Shown here: piece after piece, positions 1 through 12,600 of the stretch
How the letters are laid out: each line of letters opens with the position of its first letter
Position numbering within the stretch: position 1 is the first letter of the stretch
NCBI GenBank assembly: GCA_964443495.1
Contig: CAYUCS010000002.1
Location: 260,021-324,020, forward strand
From: an uncultured Gammaproteobacteria bacterium
Lineage (GTDB): Bacteria > Patescibacteriota > Patescibacteriia > Patescibacteriales > GWE2-39-37
Direction: 5' to 3'
Length of the DNA stretch: 64,000 nt
Made by a program: the position numbers and the translations under genes
Notes under the pieces: generated by a model
Database searches by the model: none
What the model was told of the DNA's origin: nothing
The model's input: only the letters and a program-made list of their open reading frames with translations

Positions 1-293
1 CCGTCGATCGGCGCGCCCAGCAGGTTGAACATGCGGCCCAAGGTCTCTTGTCCGACCGGAACGCTGATCGGAGCGCCGGTATCGGTCACTTCCAGATTGC
101 GCTTCAAACCGTCAGTGGCGCCCATGGCCACGGCACGTACCTTGTTGCCGCCCAGATGCTGATGAGCCTCCAAGACCAGGACTTCGTCGTTCGGCAGCTT
201 GATTTCCAAGGCGTGATAAATCTCAGGCAGCTTGTCGGCGAACTCCACGTCGACGACCGGTCCGATGATTTGGGAAATTTTTCCTTTGTTCAT
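1..293 (-). CDS. atpD: F1 ATP synthase beta subunit, N-terminal part (gene runs off the window start)
   Basis: Hand translation of the reverse strand from ATG at 293-291 gives [18 protein letters not shown]...[12 protein letters not shown]...[20 protein letters not shown], the conserved AtpD N-terminal barrel. It is absent from the ORF track because it has no stop inside the window. Confidence 0.9.
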   Translation of the reverse strand, partial: MNKGKISQIIGPVVDVEFADKLPEIYHALEIKLPNDEVLVLEAHQHLGGNKVRAVAMGATDGLKRNLEVTDTGAPISVPVGQETLGRMFNLLGAPID

Positions 294-426
294 ATAGTTT
301 TCTTCCAAGAGCCCTAGATTATCACGGGGTTGAAACTCGTTCGAACTCTTGACTGTTTCGCTTATTTATATCATTAATTAATTATTCAAATCACTATTGC
401 TCATTATCAACTTTCGGAGGTATTCC

Positions 427-675
427 ATGAAAAAAGCCAAACTTTTTGTCGCGTCGCTCAGCCTCTTCCTGGTCATCGGCTCAGTTCTCTTTTTCGCTCC
501 GCTCATCGGCCACGTCCTGACGGCCCTTTCCTACGCCTTGCACTATTTCGTCCTTGCATTGGTCTGGCTCCTCTGTCAGCCCGTCCGTCTCTTCATCTGG
601 GGCAAGAGCATCGTCGTCAGCTACCGCCAACCGATACCATCATACACCTGGAAGCCTACCCGGCCGCTCACTTGA
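427..675 (+). CDS. small hydrophobic membrane protein, unknown function
   Basis: ORF 397-675. The internal ATG at 427 is preceded by GGAGG (416-420). The product MKKAKLFVASLSLFLVIGSVLFF... has 2-3 predicted TM helices. The stop lies inside a terminator hairpin. Confidence 0.55.
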   Translation: MKKAKLFVASLSLFLVIGSVLFFAPLIGHVLTALSYALHYFVLALVWLLCQPVRLFIWGKSIVVSYRQPIPSYTWKPTRPLT

Positions 676-687
676 GCGGCCTTTTTT
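662..687. terminator. hairpin shared by convergent genes (small membrane ORF and atpG)
   Basis: GGCCGCTCA-CT-TGAGCGGCC (662-681) followed by T6 on the plus strand. On the minus strand (after atpG) there is no U-tract. Confidence 0.6.
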
Positions 688-1645
688 AGTTTTCCAAGGC
701 GGCGCGGCCGGCGCTGATTTCTGCGATTTCCTGGGTGATCTTGCCCTGGCGGATCTGATTGTACATCAGCGTCAGGTCGGAAGACATCTCGCCGGCAGCA
801 TCAGTCGCGTTGCGCATGGCAATCATGCGAGCGCTGTGTTCCGAGGCGTTGGACTCGAGAATGGCATGATACAACTGCATCTCGATCAGGCGGGGGAAAA
901 TATGTTCAAGCACCTCCGGTGCGCTCGGCTCGATCTTGTACTCAACCTTGGGGGCGTTCAGCCCGAGGTCCTTGGCCAGTTCGTCGATTTCGGCGATCTG
1001 CTTTTCCAGGTCGATCTTGGAAATCGGCAGCACTTGGCGGATCTTGGTCTGCTGAACCACAGTCGAGACGTAGTCGGTATAAACGACAACTACCTTATCA
1101 TAATTCTCTGCCAAGTATTCTTCCATGACGATTTTTGATAACGGCTTGATCTGCTCGACAGTCGGAGCCAGAACCATGTCCGGGAAGGCTGCAATAATCT
1201 CGCTGCGCAATTTCTTGGCCATGCTCTCGCCCTTCTTGCCGACGGTAATGCAGTCTATCTTCAGATCGGCATCCGAAGTCTTCGATACTATCTTCCTCAT
1301 GCCCAAACGGTTGGTCTTCAGTTTTTCCGGGCTAGCGATCTCGTCGCGAAGCTTCTTGTACAGCTGCGAATTGAACGACCCGCACAAGCCGCGATTGGAG
1401 GTCACCAAAATAACCAACACCTTCCTGACTTCGCGTACGGCCAAAAACCCTTGCTGATATGTCTCGAAGGCGCGCGCCAGATTGGTCAGAACGCTCCACG
1501 CCGCATGGGCGTAAGGGCGGATACCCAAGACGCTCTGGACGGAACGGCGCATTTTGGCAGCCGAAACCATCTCCATGGCGCGGGTAATCTTCTTGGTACT
1601 ATTAATCGACTTGATTCTTCGACGGATGTCTTTTCCGGATGGCAT
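686..1645 (-). CDS. atpG: F1 ATP synthase gamma subunit
   Basis: 319 aa. MPSGKDIRRRIKSINSTKKITRAMEMVSAAKMRR... and the C-terminal ...LTLMYNQIRQGKITQEIAEI are typical gamma signatures. Operon context supports the call. Confidence 0.95.
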   Translation of the reverse strand: MPSGKDIRRRIKSINSTKKITRAMEMVSAAKMRRSVQSVLGIRPYAHAAWSVLTNLARAFETYQQGFLAVREVRKVLVILVTSNRGLCGSFNSQLYKKLRDEIASPEKLKTNRLGMRKIVSKTSDADLKIDCITVGKKGESMAKKLRSEIIAAFPDMVLAPTVEQIKPLSKIVMEEYLAENYDKVVVVYTDYVSTVVQQTKIRQVLPISKIDLEKQIAEIDELAKDLGLNAPKVEYKIEPSAPEVLEHIFPRLIEMQLYHAILESNASEHSARMIAMRNATDAAGEMSSDLTLMYNQIRQGKITQEIAEISAGRAALEN

Positions 1646-1674
1646 ATATATTTCTTACGATCGCAAATATTGAT

Positions 1675-3183
<1,509 letters not shown>

Positions 3184-3218
3184 AGACTTACTATTTTTAG
3201 ATATTTATAATCTTATTC

Positions 3219-3620
3219 TTACCCGACAATCTCCTTCTTCAACTGCCTCAGCTTAGTGGCTGTGCTGGCATCGAAGACCTGGTCTCCTGCTCGCAGGATG
3301 AAACCGGCGATAATTTCCGGGGATACGCGATGGTTCAGCTCCACCTTCTTCGCGCCAGTGACTTCCTTGGCGTAAGCCTCGAGGTCGTGCTTGGTTTCAG
3401 TATCGATTTCCTGAGCGGTTACCACCTCGACTTCGGCCAAACCCTGCCCTTCGTTCCAGAGCTTTGAGAATTCGGCCAGCACATCATCGATCTTGTTCAA
3501 CGCGTTGCTCTTACGCAGGGCGGCGATGAATTGCTCGATGATTTCTGGCAACTCCTTCTTGCTTGCCTCTGCCGTCGATTGGTACAAGGCGTTGGCGTAC
3601 TGTTTGGCGCTTGCTTTCAT
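3219..3620 (-). CDS. atpH: ATP synthase delta (OSCP) subunit, short form
   Basis: 133 aa, positioned between atpF and atpA. The C-terminal ...SPEIIAGFILRAGDQVFDASTATKLRQL is OSCP-like. It is shorter than the usual ~180 aa. Confidence 0.8.
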   Translation of the reverse strand: MKASAKQYANALYQSTAEASKKELPEIIEQFIAALRKSNALNKIDDVLAEFSKLWNEGQGLAEVEVVTAQEIDTETKHDLEAYAKEVTGAKKVELNHRVSPEIIAGFILRAGDQVFDASTATKLRQLKKEIVG

Positions 3621-3621
3621 A

Positions 3622-4119
3622 TTAATTGGCTTCCTTTACGATTTTCTTAATCAGTTCCTTATCCTCTTTCTTGGTCAGCTTTTCTGCCAGGACCTTTTCA
3701 ACCGAAAGCGTGACCAGCTCGGCCACCTCGGCACGGATAGCCTTTAAGGCCTCGCCCTTTTCGGCGCGGATCTTTTCCTTCTCCTGGTCGATGATCTGCC
3801 CGATTTCCTCCTTAGCTTTGGCAATCATCTCCTCGCGGCGCTCTTCGGCGGCCGTCCTTGCCTTCTCGGCAATGGCGGTGGCCTCTTTGCGGGCTTCGGC
3901 GATGACGGCGCGGCGCTCTTCTTCGGTAGCGACCAGCTTGGTCTCGATTTCTTTGGCCTGATCCAGGCTCTTGGCGATCTTTTCGCTGCGATCATTCAGC
4001 AGCTTCAGGGTCGGCTTGTAGGCGAACTTGTACATGACGCCCAGGATAATGAAAAAGTTGACCAGCTGGGCCAGGATCAATTTGATGTCCAAATGAAATG
4101 TGGAAACTATTTCTCCCAT
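3622..4119 (-). CDS. atpF: Fo ATP synthase subunit b
   Basis: 165 aa. One N-terminal TM helix followed by a long charged helix (AEERRE..., KEKIRAEKGEA...). Operon position supports the call. Confidence 0.9.
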   Translation of the reverse strand: MGEIVSTFHLDIKLILAQLVNFFIILGVMYKFAYKPTLKLLNDRSEKIAKSLDQAKEIETKLVATEEERRAVIAEARKEATAIAEKARTAAEERREEMIAKAKEEIGQIIDQEKEKIRAEKGEALKAIRAEVAELVTLSVEKVLAEKLTKKEDKELIKKIVKEAN

Positions 4120-4154
4120 AGAGTTGATTCAATTTGTAAATAATAAATTTAGGA

Positions 4155-4173
4155 CAGCCCGCGGACTGCGGGC
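4155..4173 (-). promoter_or_regulatory. intra-operon GC-rich hairpin between atpE and atpF
   Basis: AGCCCGC-GGACT-GCGGGCT sits in the 68-nt atpE-atpF spacer. It could stabilise or attenuate the transcript after the c-subunit gene. Confidence 0.35.
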
Positions 4174-4187
4174 TAGGTCTAAAGCTA

Positions 4188-4421
<234 letters not shown>

Positions 4422-4471
4422 TCACATCTCTCTTCGGGTGCTCCGCGGCTTATTATTAATTAATCTTGAAT

Positions 4472-5329
4472 TTAATGTTCCTCATGCGTGGCGGCAATGG
4501 ACATGAAGGCCAAAGTCAGTACCGCGAACACCAAGGCTTGCACCACGCCGACGATCATCTCCAAAAACATGAACGGCAGTGGCAGGAAGAAAGCCATCAA
4601 GCTCATCATGGTCGCCAGCAAAACTTCGCCGGCGAAGATATTGCCGAAAAGCCGAAGCGACAGCGAGGCCACCTTGGCGAACTCGCCGACCAGCTCGATC
4701 AGGCTGACGAAGATCTTGATCGGATTGACGATCAGGACCATCGGGTCCTTGCGGACCTTCTTAAGCATATCCTTGAAAGCGTTGATGTTGATGAACTTGT
4801 TGAAATGTCCCCATGCGCCGACCATGATCACGCCCATGATATGGGACATGACTACGGCGAACAAAGCGATGGCCAAGGTAAGATTCAGATCAGCGGTTCC
4901 GCCGCGCAGGAACGGCACGAAAATCCTTTCAGCACCGTGAGTTTCAACCATGCCGATCGTGCCGACGCCCGGCAGGAGACCCAGCCAATTATTGACCAAG
5001 ATAAATAAAAAGAGCGCCAACGTAATCGGTAAGAAGCGCTCAGTCTTTTTACGGCTGCCGGTAACCATATCTGCCAGATTCAAAGCCTCTTCGAGCAGGA
5101 TTTCAAAAACATTCTGCAGCCCCTTCGGCGTCTGGCGCAAACGACGCCCGACGAGCACGAAGCCGACGACCAGGACCAAAACGGTTACCCAGCTCATGAC
5201 CAACGAATTAGTAATAGTGAAGTTGCCCACATGGGCCACCGGTTCGGCGAAAATAGTCGATTCGTGGATGATTTCTCCGCCCTCTTGCGGCATTGGCTCG
5301 TTCGAATTATTGGTCGTTGCTTCAGTCAT
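4472..5329 (-). CDS. atpB: Fo ATP synthase subunit a
   Basis: 285 aa polytopic protein. It carries the conserved ...SLSLRLFGNIFAGEVLL... motif with the essential Arg. Confidence 0.93.
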   Translation of the reverse strand: MTEATTNNSNEPMPQEGGEIIHESTIFAEPVAHVGNFTITNSLVMSWVTVLVLVVGFVLVGRRLRQTPKGLQNVFEILLEEALNLADMVTGSRKKTERFLPITLALFLFILVNNWLGLLPGVGTIGMVETHGAERIFVPFLRGGTADLNLTLAIALFAVVMSHIMGVIMVGAWGHFNKFININAFKDMLKKVRKDPMVLIVNPIKIFVSLIELVGEFAKVASLSLRLFGNIFAGEVLLATMMSLMAFFLPLPFMFLEMIVGVVQALVFAVLTLAFMSIAATHEEH

Positions 5330-5335
5330 AAGTAT

Positions 5336-5602
5336 TTAATCGTGCTTATTATCTTTATTGTTCTTCTCTTCCTGCTTATCCATAGCCTTGAGGCCTTGCC
5401 TGGTAATGCCGAAGACTGACAAGGTGAAGGCGGTGATGATAAACACCACCAGAACCCAGGGCGCGGTACATAAAAGGCGGTCCAACCATTTGCCGGCCAT
5501 GATGGCGATAACTACCGGCGCGACAATCCAGCCGTTCAGTTTTAAAAATAAAATCAAGCCCGGTTGCCACCATGGAGCTTGTTGTTTGCTCGGATCGGAC
5601 AT
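5336..5602 (-). CDS. AtpZ/AtpI-like small membrane protein at the head of the atp operon
   Basis: 88 aa with two TM helices and the motif GKWLDRLLCTAPW, resembling the F0F1-ATPase gene-1 family. It lies directly upstream of atpB. Confidence 0.6.
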   Translation of the reverse strand: MSDPSKQQAPWWQPGLILFLKLNGWIVAPVVIAIMAGKWLDRLLCTAPWVLVVFIITAFTLSVFGITRQGLKAMDKQEEKNNKDNKHD

Positions 5603-5729
5603 TTTTCAAATTTTCACCTATAATTCTTACCTATTTTGCCAAAAAAGTCAATATTTTTTGCCTAAAAACAGCGAAACTGCCAAATAATTTGACAGTTCTA
5701 GCATAAAGTGGCTTTCTTATGAGAAAAAT

Positions 5730-6575
5730 CTAGAGCCCGAAGACCCTTAAGACATTCTCCGTAGTCTTGCCAAAAACCTCATCGATATCAATATTCTTGA
5801 TTTTAGCGATATGCTCGGCCACGGAAATGACTCCGGTCGGCTCGTTACGCCCGCCCTTATTCGGGGTGGGTGCAAGGTATGGGCAATCAGTTTCCAATAT
5901 TATATCGGCCAAATCGATCTCCTTAATCAAGCGGTCGAAGCTGTCAGAGTAAGTGATGACGCCGTTAAGGCCGATAACGTAACCGAGTTCGATGAATTTC
6001 TTGGCCGTCTTATATCCACCGACAAAGCTATGCACCACGCCAGCCCGTTTGACTGGATGCTTGGCTAGGATTTCCAACAAATCCGAATAAGCGTCCCAAC
6101 AATGGATCGCGAGCGGCTTGTCAGCTTCGTTAGCAATATCAATAAACCTGATTAAAACCTCCTTCTGTTTAGCTTTAAGGGCTTCGACATCATCACCCTC
6201 TTCGAAGTGATGGTAATCCAAACCGACCTCGCCGATAGCCACAACCTTCGGCTCTTTGGCCATGGCCTCATAAAGCTCATAGTCGGGCTCTTCTCCATTG
6301 GTCTTGATCTCAACCGGTGGCAGCTCATCGTCATCCTGGTAACTCAAGACCTGCGGGCGCAGGTGCAATGGGTGCACGCCGACCACCGCCCAAACGCCAT
6401 CCTCATGCGCTTTGGCCATGGCCACGGCCCGCTGACTGGTCGAAAGCTGCGAACCGACATTAATTACGCCAATTCCCGCCGCAAAAGCGCGTTCAAGCAC
6501 CGTGTCGGCATCATCCTTGTACGCGTTGAAATTCACATGAGCATGGGAGTCGACTATTTTGTAGATATTTTCCAT
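5730..6575 (-). CDS. tatD: TatD-family metal-dependent hydrolase
   Basis: IVDSHAHVNF..., ...GEVGLDYHH..., ...AIHCWDA..., ...VHSF... and ...ETDCPYLAP are TatD metal-ligand motifs. The start was chosen at ATG 6575 (MENIYK); ATG 6587 is also possible. The earlier part of ORF 5730-6614 overlaps the upstream terminator. Confidence 0.9.
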   Translation of the reverse strand: MENIYKIVDSHAHVNFNAYKDDADTVLERAFAAGIGVINVGSQLSTSQRAVAMAKAHEDGVWAVVGVHPLHLRPQVLSYQDDDELPPVEIKTNGEEPDYELYEAMAKEPKVVAIGEVGLDYHHFEEGDDVEALKAKQKEVLIRFIDIANEADKPLAIHCWDAYSDLLEILAKHPVKRAGVVHSFVGGYKTAKKFIELGYVIGLNGVITYSDSFDRLIKEIDLADIILETDCPYLAPTPNKGGRNEPTGVISVAEHIAKIKNIDIDEVFGKTTENVLRVFGL

Positions 6576-6592
6576 AAGCACCTTCATTGTAA

Positions 6593-6633
6593 AGAAAAAA
6601 AAGCGGCGAGGCAAATCAGTTGCCTCGCCGCTT
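6593..6633 (-). terminator. intrinsic terminator after the giant surface-protein gene
   Basis: A 13-bp stem AAGCGGCGAGGCA/TGCCTCGCCGCTT (6601-6613 / 6621-6633) is followed on the minus strand by a U-run (plus-strand A-run 6595-6602). Confidence 0.85.
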
Positions 6634-6647
6634 GCGATATTTACAAG

Positions 6648-9600
6648 CTAGTTCCCCATCTGCCCCACCCAGCCGAAGATGTCCTCGAAGTTCTTGAGGA
6701 TGAGCTGAAAGACGGATTCCTTCTGTTTGGGGGTGAGGATGGTATAGACCTTGCTCGTAGTCTTGTTGCCGGAAGAGTCGGTGGCGGTGATGCGGAAGGT
6801 ATAGACGGTGCCGGAGTCGAACTTGGTGACCACGGCCACGTGCTTCCTCGAATAGGTGGTCTCGAGAGCGGTCTTGTCCGGGAACTCCTTGTCGTCGGTG
6901 ACCACGCCTTTGACGTACTGGACCTGTCCGACGGTCGGCTCGTTGGTCTGCCAGGAGACGATGGTCTGGACCTTCAACTGCTTGCCCTGGGAGAGGGCGG
7001 ATTCGGTCTGGACGTTGGTGATCTGGGGCGGCAGGTCGTCCTTGGAGGTGGTGAACTGCTCGATCACTTCTTCGGCCAGGCGGTTCTTGGCGTCCTTGCT
7101 CTGGAGCCGGACTTCGTAGATGACGCCGGATTCGAGGTCCTTGGCCGTGAGCTCATGCATGGTGGTAGTGATCTTGTTCTCTTCGGTCTTAGCCTCCTCG
7201 ACCGCCAGCTTGCCCGAGCGGTAGGGGGTGACGACCAGCTTGGTGTCGGCCTCGAGGTTGGTGGACCAGCGGAAGACGGCGGTCGAGGGATCCTTGACTT
7301 CGGAACCGTAGGTCAGGACCTCGAGTCCTTCTTCCTTGGTCTTGAAGGTGAAATCCCGGGACTTGGCCTCGGGGCCCAGCTGGGCCTTCGAACGGAGCTG
7401 GTAGTGGTAGGTAGTGTTGGGTCTCAATCCGGCGATGCGGACCGAGTGGTTGGTGGAGAGGTTGTTGGCGTCGCCGACCACCTGGAGATAGCCGTTGTCG
7501 CCCTCGGCCTTGATGTAGACGCCCTCCGGGGCATAGGCCACCAGCGAGCTGGCCTCCTTGTCGGTAATCCAGGAGATGTTGGCGGTACTGGCCCCGGTGA
7601 CCACCAGCGGCTCGCCGCCGAGGATGGGGCCGGGTATGGAACCGGCCAGCTTCTCGATGGTGTCGAACTGAGTCAGGAGCGTGGTCTCGAGGGTGCCTAA
7701 AGAGACCTGGTTGGCTACCTGGCTCATGATCTCCATGGCCTTGGCGGCAGCGGCCAGGAGGATATTGGTCTTGTTCTCTTCCTTGTTCTCGGCTTGCTCG
7801 ACCAGCTTGGCAATTTCAGCGTCTGACTTGCCTTCGTCTTTCAGTTGGGCTTCGAGGGTGGGGGTGGTGAAGGTCTGGAGATTGGAAGACGCCTGGTTGC
7901 CCGAACGGTCGAAGACGGAAATCTTGTACGAATATTTGCTGTCGGGTTCCAAATTAGTAATCGCCAGGCTTGAACCGGCGCTGTAGGCTGACGAACCGAG
8001 GCTGCCCGAGAGGTCGTTGTCCTTGCCATAGTTGACGATGCCGATCGTTTCCTCGTCCGTCTTCCAATTGACCTTGGCACTGTCCGACTTCAGGTCGGTG
8101 ATGCGGATATCGCTAATCCTCGGCGCCACCTTGTCGGTCTTGTCGATGATGAGGGTGCCGCCTCCGCCCCTTGAATTGGCGGCCGCCAATTGCTGTTGCA
8201 GGCTGGCGACTTGCGATTGGAGGCTGGCGATCGTGGCCGCATCATTCGATCCGGTCGAGGAAGCGGTTGCCTGGAGCGCGGCAATCTGGGCCAGAAGGTC
8301 GTCGATCTGATCCAGGCTCGACTGATAATCCGTCGGGTCGATCGGAGCCGCGGCCGTCGTGAAAGAATACTCGCTCGACGTGGCGCCCTGGCCCAAGCCA
8401 TCAATTGAAGATACTTGGAAGTAGTAAGCAGTGGATGATGCCAGGCCGTTAAGCGTCACGGCATGCTCGGTCGTCATGGCAATGCTTGACTGGGCAAATG
8501 GGTAAATGCCGGTCGAAGTACCGTAACGGACCAGGGTGTCGGCCAGGTGGTTGGTCGAATATGTGACAAGGGCCGAGTTGCTGGTGACCGTACCTGTGGC
8601 AACCGAACTGATGACTAGGGGCTGGGCCACCGCCTGGAAATCATGATAAGTAGCCGGGGTGGCTGGGTCATAAGCAGTGTTGCCGGAAGGATCGGTTGAT
8701 TTGACTCGCAGATAATATGTGGTGCCGGCAGCCAAATTATCCAAAACGACAGAGTGGCTGGTCACGGCTTCGCTGCGCCCCACTTCCTTGAAATCGGTTT
8801 CGAACGAGACGGATGAGGTGGAATATTGGATATAGCTGGTTGACTGCTCATTAGTCGTCCAGCTGATCGAGGCCGAAGTCGGATCGGTCACGATGAAATT
8901 ACCCGGCAAAGTGATGACTGGCGCGGCGGTGTCCGGGGCGGCAGCCGTGTTCAAGCTGCTCGTGGCCGCGGCCGCGTTGCCGTTCTGATCCCTGGCCAGG
9001 ATGCTGATGGTATAGCTGGTCGAGGAAGAAAGGCCGGAGAAGTCGAAATAATGATTGGAGTTGAGCGTATCGATGGTGATCGACCAGACTTCGGCCGGAT
9101 CGGTATTGTTGGTGAGGGTTACGGTGCTGGTGGCCGCCTTGGCAGTAGCGAACTGGATGACGGCCGAATGGTCGGTGGTAGCCGAAGTGATGCCGGAGAT
9201 AGTCGGCGGCGTCAAATCCTGGGTGGTGGCGAAGGTGTAATATGCTCCCTGGTTGGAGTCGATATCATTGCTTGACTTGACCTGGAAGTAGTAAAGCTTG
9301 CCCGGATCGAGGCCGAAGAGAGTGACAACGTGATCGGTCACGAGATCAGAGCTGCCGAGCTCGACCGAACCGGCAAGGTTGGAGTTGGCGGAGAATACGA
9401 CATAGCTGTCGGCCGGCAAATCGGTCTGCCAGGCAATCTCAGCCGAGCTGTTGCCCACCGAGACCACGCGGGTCGAAGAAGCGACGATGGCCGGTCCGGC
9501 CGCGGTAGTGAACGACAGTCCGGGCAGGACACAGTCGGTCATGCCAGCGACGCCAGTAGGGCTGGTCGAGCGGGGTTGGAAATAATAGGTCGTGGCCGGC

Positions 9601-12600
9601 GACAAGCCGGTGACGGTCACCTGGTGCCGGCCGAGCGAGCCGGCATTGTCGAGCATGGTAGCCACGCCGACAACTTGGACCGGCGAGGTCGAGCCGGTAA
9701 AATCGCAGCTCTCCGTCGATTGGTAATAGACGAGCGAGTCGGAGCGGGTATCGGTATCCCAGGAGATGGCCGCCGAAGTGGTATAGGTAGTCGAGGCCAC
9801 GTTCGAAATCCTGGGCGCGACGCCGGAAGAGCCGCCGCCGCCTTCGCCGGCATTCTGCGTGCCGTCAGCGAAGCCCCACATCGGGACCGAACGATACGAG
9901 GTGTTGCCGCGGCTATCTTCAATGGAGACGATATACCAAGTATCGACTTGAGGGGTGAGACCGGTATCATCGACCGTATCGGTGAAATAGTTGACGTTCA
10001 TCGGGCTGCCGGTCGCGACTAACTCGAAGCTGGCAGCATTATTGGTCAGGCTGCGATAGATGTTGTAGTGGCTGAAACCGTTAGGCGGCGAGCTAGTCGG
10101 CTTTTTCCAAGTGATGAATAAACGATATTCGGCCGGGTTAACGAACAGATTGGAAGTATCCTGGATCATGGTCATGCGCAGGATATCCGGCAAGGTTACG
10201 GTGGTAGTTGAACGGTTGTCACGGCTGTCACGGACCTGGATATACGCCGTCGGCTGATTTCCCATATCGAAACTGGTCGTGGCCCCTAGAGCCTGGAACC
10301 CGGCATTGTCGGTAAAGCCGGCATAGGCGGACGGGTCGGTGGAAAGGCGGAACTCCATGGCCGTATCTTCGGTGATGTCGTCGAATACGATTGTCGAATT
10401 CGGCGCGTGGTCGGCCTTGACTGCGATATTGTTGATGACCGGCTTCTTGGTGTCGAGCTCGAAGGTCGTCGAGGTGGCATAGCCGTAACGGTTGACGATC
10501 TCATTGTCATCGATCTTGAGCCGTACCCTGAATTGCCCGGAATTGCGGTAAGCTTCCGGGAAATCGACAGTCGGCAGCCAAGTAAGCTCATGAGCGGTCC
10601 AGTTGCTGTTTTCGCCGATCGGATCGGTCGAGGTAGAGACGCTTTCATCAACTGAGGCTAGGCCGATGTCGCCGGTCACGGCCGTGGCCGTAGCCCAGCC
10701 AGACCCGGTGCCGATGTCGGGACAGGTGGTGGTCGAGAGGGTCTGGTCGGTGCAGTATTCCAACGAGACGGTCACCTGCCCCGGGGTGGTACCGGAATCC
10801 GTATCTCGATCGCGGACTTCGTAACGAATAGCAACGGAACCTGTGGCCGATTGGACGGGGTCGATGGCATAACGAGCCTCCGGCGGACCGTTGACCACAT
10901 AAGTCAGGCTGATGTCGTCCAGGACAGGAGAGTAGCGGCCGTCGGAAAACAGAGCCGCCCGGTATTGCATAAATTGATCGGACGTGCCCCCAGTGGCGCC
11001 ATCCTTGAATAACAACGGCATAACCTCCGTACCAGAAGCCATAGTAAACCAAGTCTGGCTCGTGCCATCAGGCCCGAGCCATGGCGTCCAGGCGCTGCCT
11101 TCGGCAGAGGTGCGGATATGAAAACGTATGTCGGTACCGCCGAGCAAGACCTCAGACCAAGAAAGCTTGGCCAGCATATTAGCCGGGGATTGGGAGTCGA
11201 AGGGGGAAGCAATGGTAAATGAAGGCTGGGGACCGGGTTCTAGGGCGGATGGATTTCCTTGGTTATAATGTGCCCCGATTTCCATCGGAGAAAGAGGGCG
11301 GTTGTAAATAGCAACTTCATCGATTTGACCATTCCAATATCGATTACTGGTTGCGCCAACCCCGCCAATCTGGACGCCAGGCGCCTTGTTGCTGATTTGA
11401 CCGGCAGTGCGTACAGTGCTTGAATCTAAAATGCCATTAACATACAATTTACCGATTTGGCCGTCATAAGTGAACGCTACGTGATACCATGCATCCAAAT
11501 TCAAAACGGATGTCGTTGAGGCGGGCTGTCCATTAAAAATGTACGTATTTGTGTCGTCCCACGCACCGAAATTCAACCTCCTACTGCTATCCACATAAAA
11601 CCACCATTCATTACCAGACAAGCGCTTACTAATAATGCCGTAAACATTCGAAGGCGTGGAATATAATTTGATCCATGCCTCAGCGCTCACTTTTGTGGGA
11701 ACCAAATCCATGTTGGTCATCAAAAAAGACGACGACGCGGTGTTGGCATAACTTGACCCCAACCAATCCAAATCCCCGACTTGATCAGCATATGACATGT
11801 TCGCCCCACCGGTTGAAGAGGCAACTGCGTTGTTTCCGAAACCTGAATAGTCAACGATTGACGCGCCGTCCGCAATCGCGCTGCCGTTCACTCCATCAAA
11901 ATGCCATAATCCGACCGGGCCGCCATTGCCGTAATATGAATAACTTATATTGACAGCGTCCAAGCTAGGCGTCTCACCTATGAAATCACTTTTAAGAAAC
12001 GCTTTATACCTCAAATATTGCGCTCCGTTATGAAGCGAATCAATCATCGAATCTTTGGCAAGATAATAAGTGGATGTAGAATTGCTCGGACCATAAAAAC
12101 CGAGTGTGCCGCTATTATTACCCCAAACTATGAAATTGTCGTAAGCAACGGTTTCATTATTGGCAAGCGAGTCCTGATCTCCCAGCAAAAGGTTTGCTTT
12201 TGCCGCATCGGTTATCTTGTCCCCATTGCCGCCTACAAATCGAGAAAAATTAATCCATCCGCTTGAAAGCGAATCGGAAATCCAGCAATTGACAGTATTG
12301 CCACTTCTCACAACCCTAAGCTTACCAACTCTTTGGGGCTGATAGCTGCTGAGAATGGTGGCAGTCGAAGTCGCGCTGCTCGTGTAATTGGAAAAGCCCG
12401 TTATTCCGTTAGTCAAAGTCACTGAACATTGCCATTGCTTTCCTCCTGCCGTCATTTGCATCATTTGAGCGTTTGAGCCGCTTGATATGGACATGCCGGT
12501 CATATCATAATCCACCTGGACATCAAAATCACCGGCAAGATCGGCGGCCATCAGAAGCGATGGATACTTAGCAGTTGCGGCCTGAGAAGTTATAAGATAG

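Noticed and set aside
5376-5609. A 77-aa minus-strand ORF overlapping the atpZ-like gene in another frame. Similar alternative-frame ORFs occur inside atpB, atpA and others.
   Set aside because: The 5336-5602 frame gives a two-TM protein with the AtpZ-type GKWLDR motif. The alternative frame gives an Arg/Gly-rich product with no features.
6207-7700. Long plus-strand ORFs lie antisense to real minus-strand genes. Examples are 6207-7700 (497 aa), 18041-18910, 19006-19689, 25042-25740, 38461-39438, 42953-43885, 44498-45127 and 554-1138.
   Set aside because: They mirror well-supported genes on the other strand: the giant protein, metG, PHP, the 868-aa protein, pheS, recQ and atpG. Their products are Gly/Arg/Leu/Asp-rich with no motifs. 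They are explained by stop-codon depletion on the antisense strand of GC-biased coding sequence.
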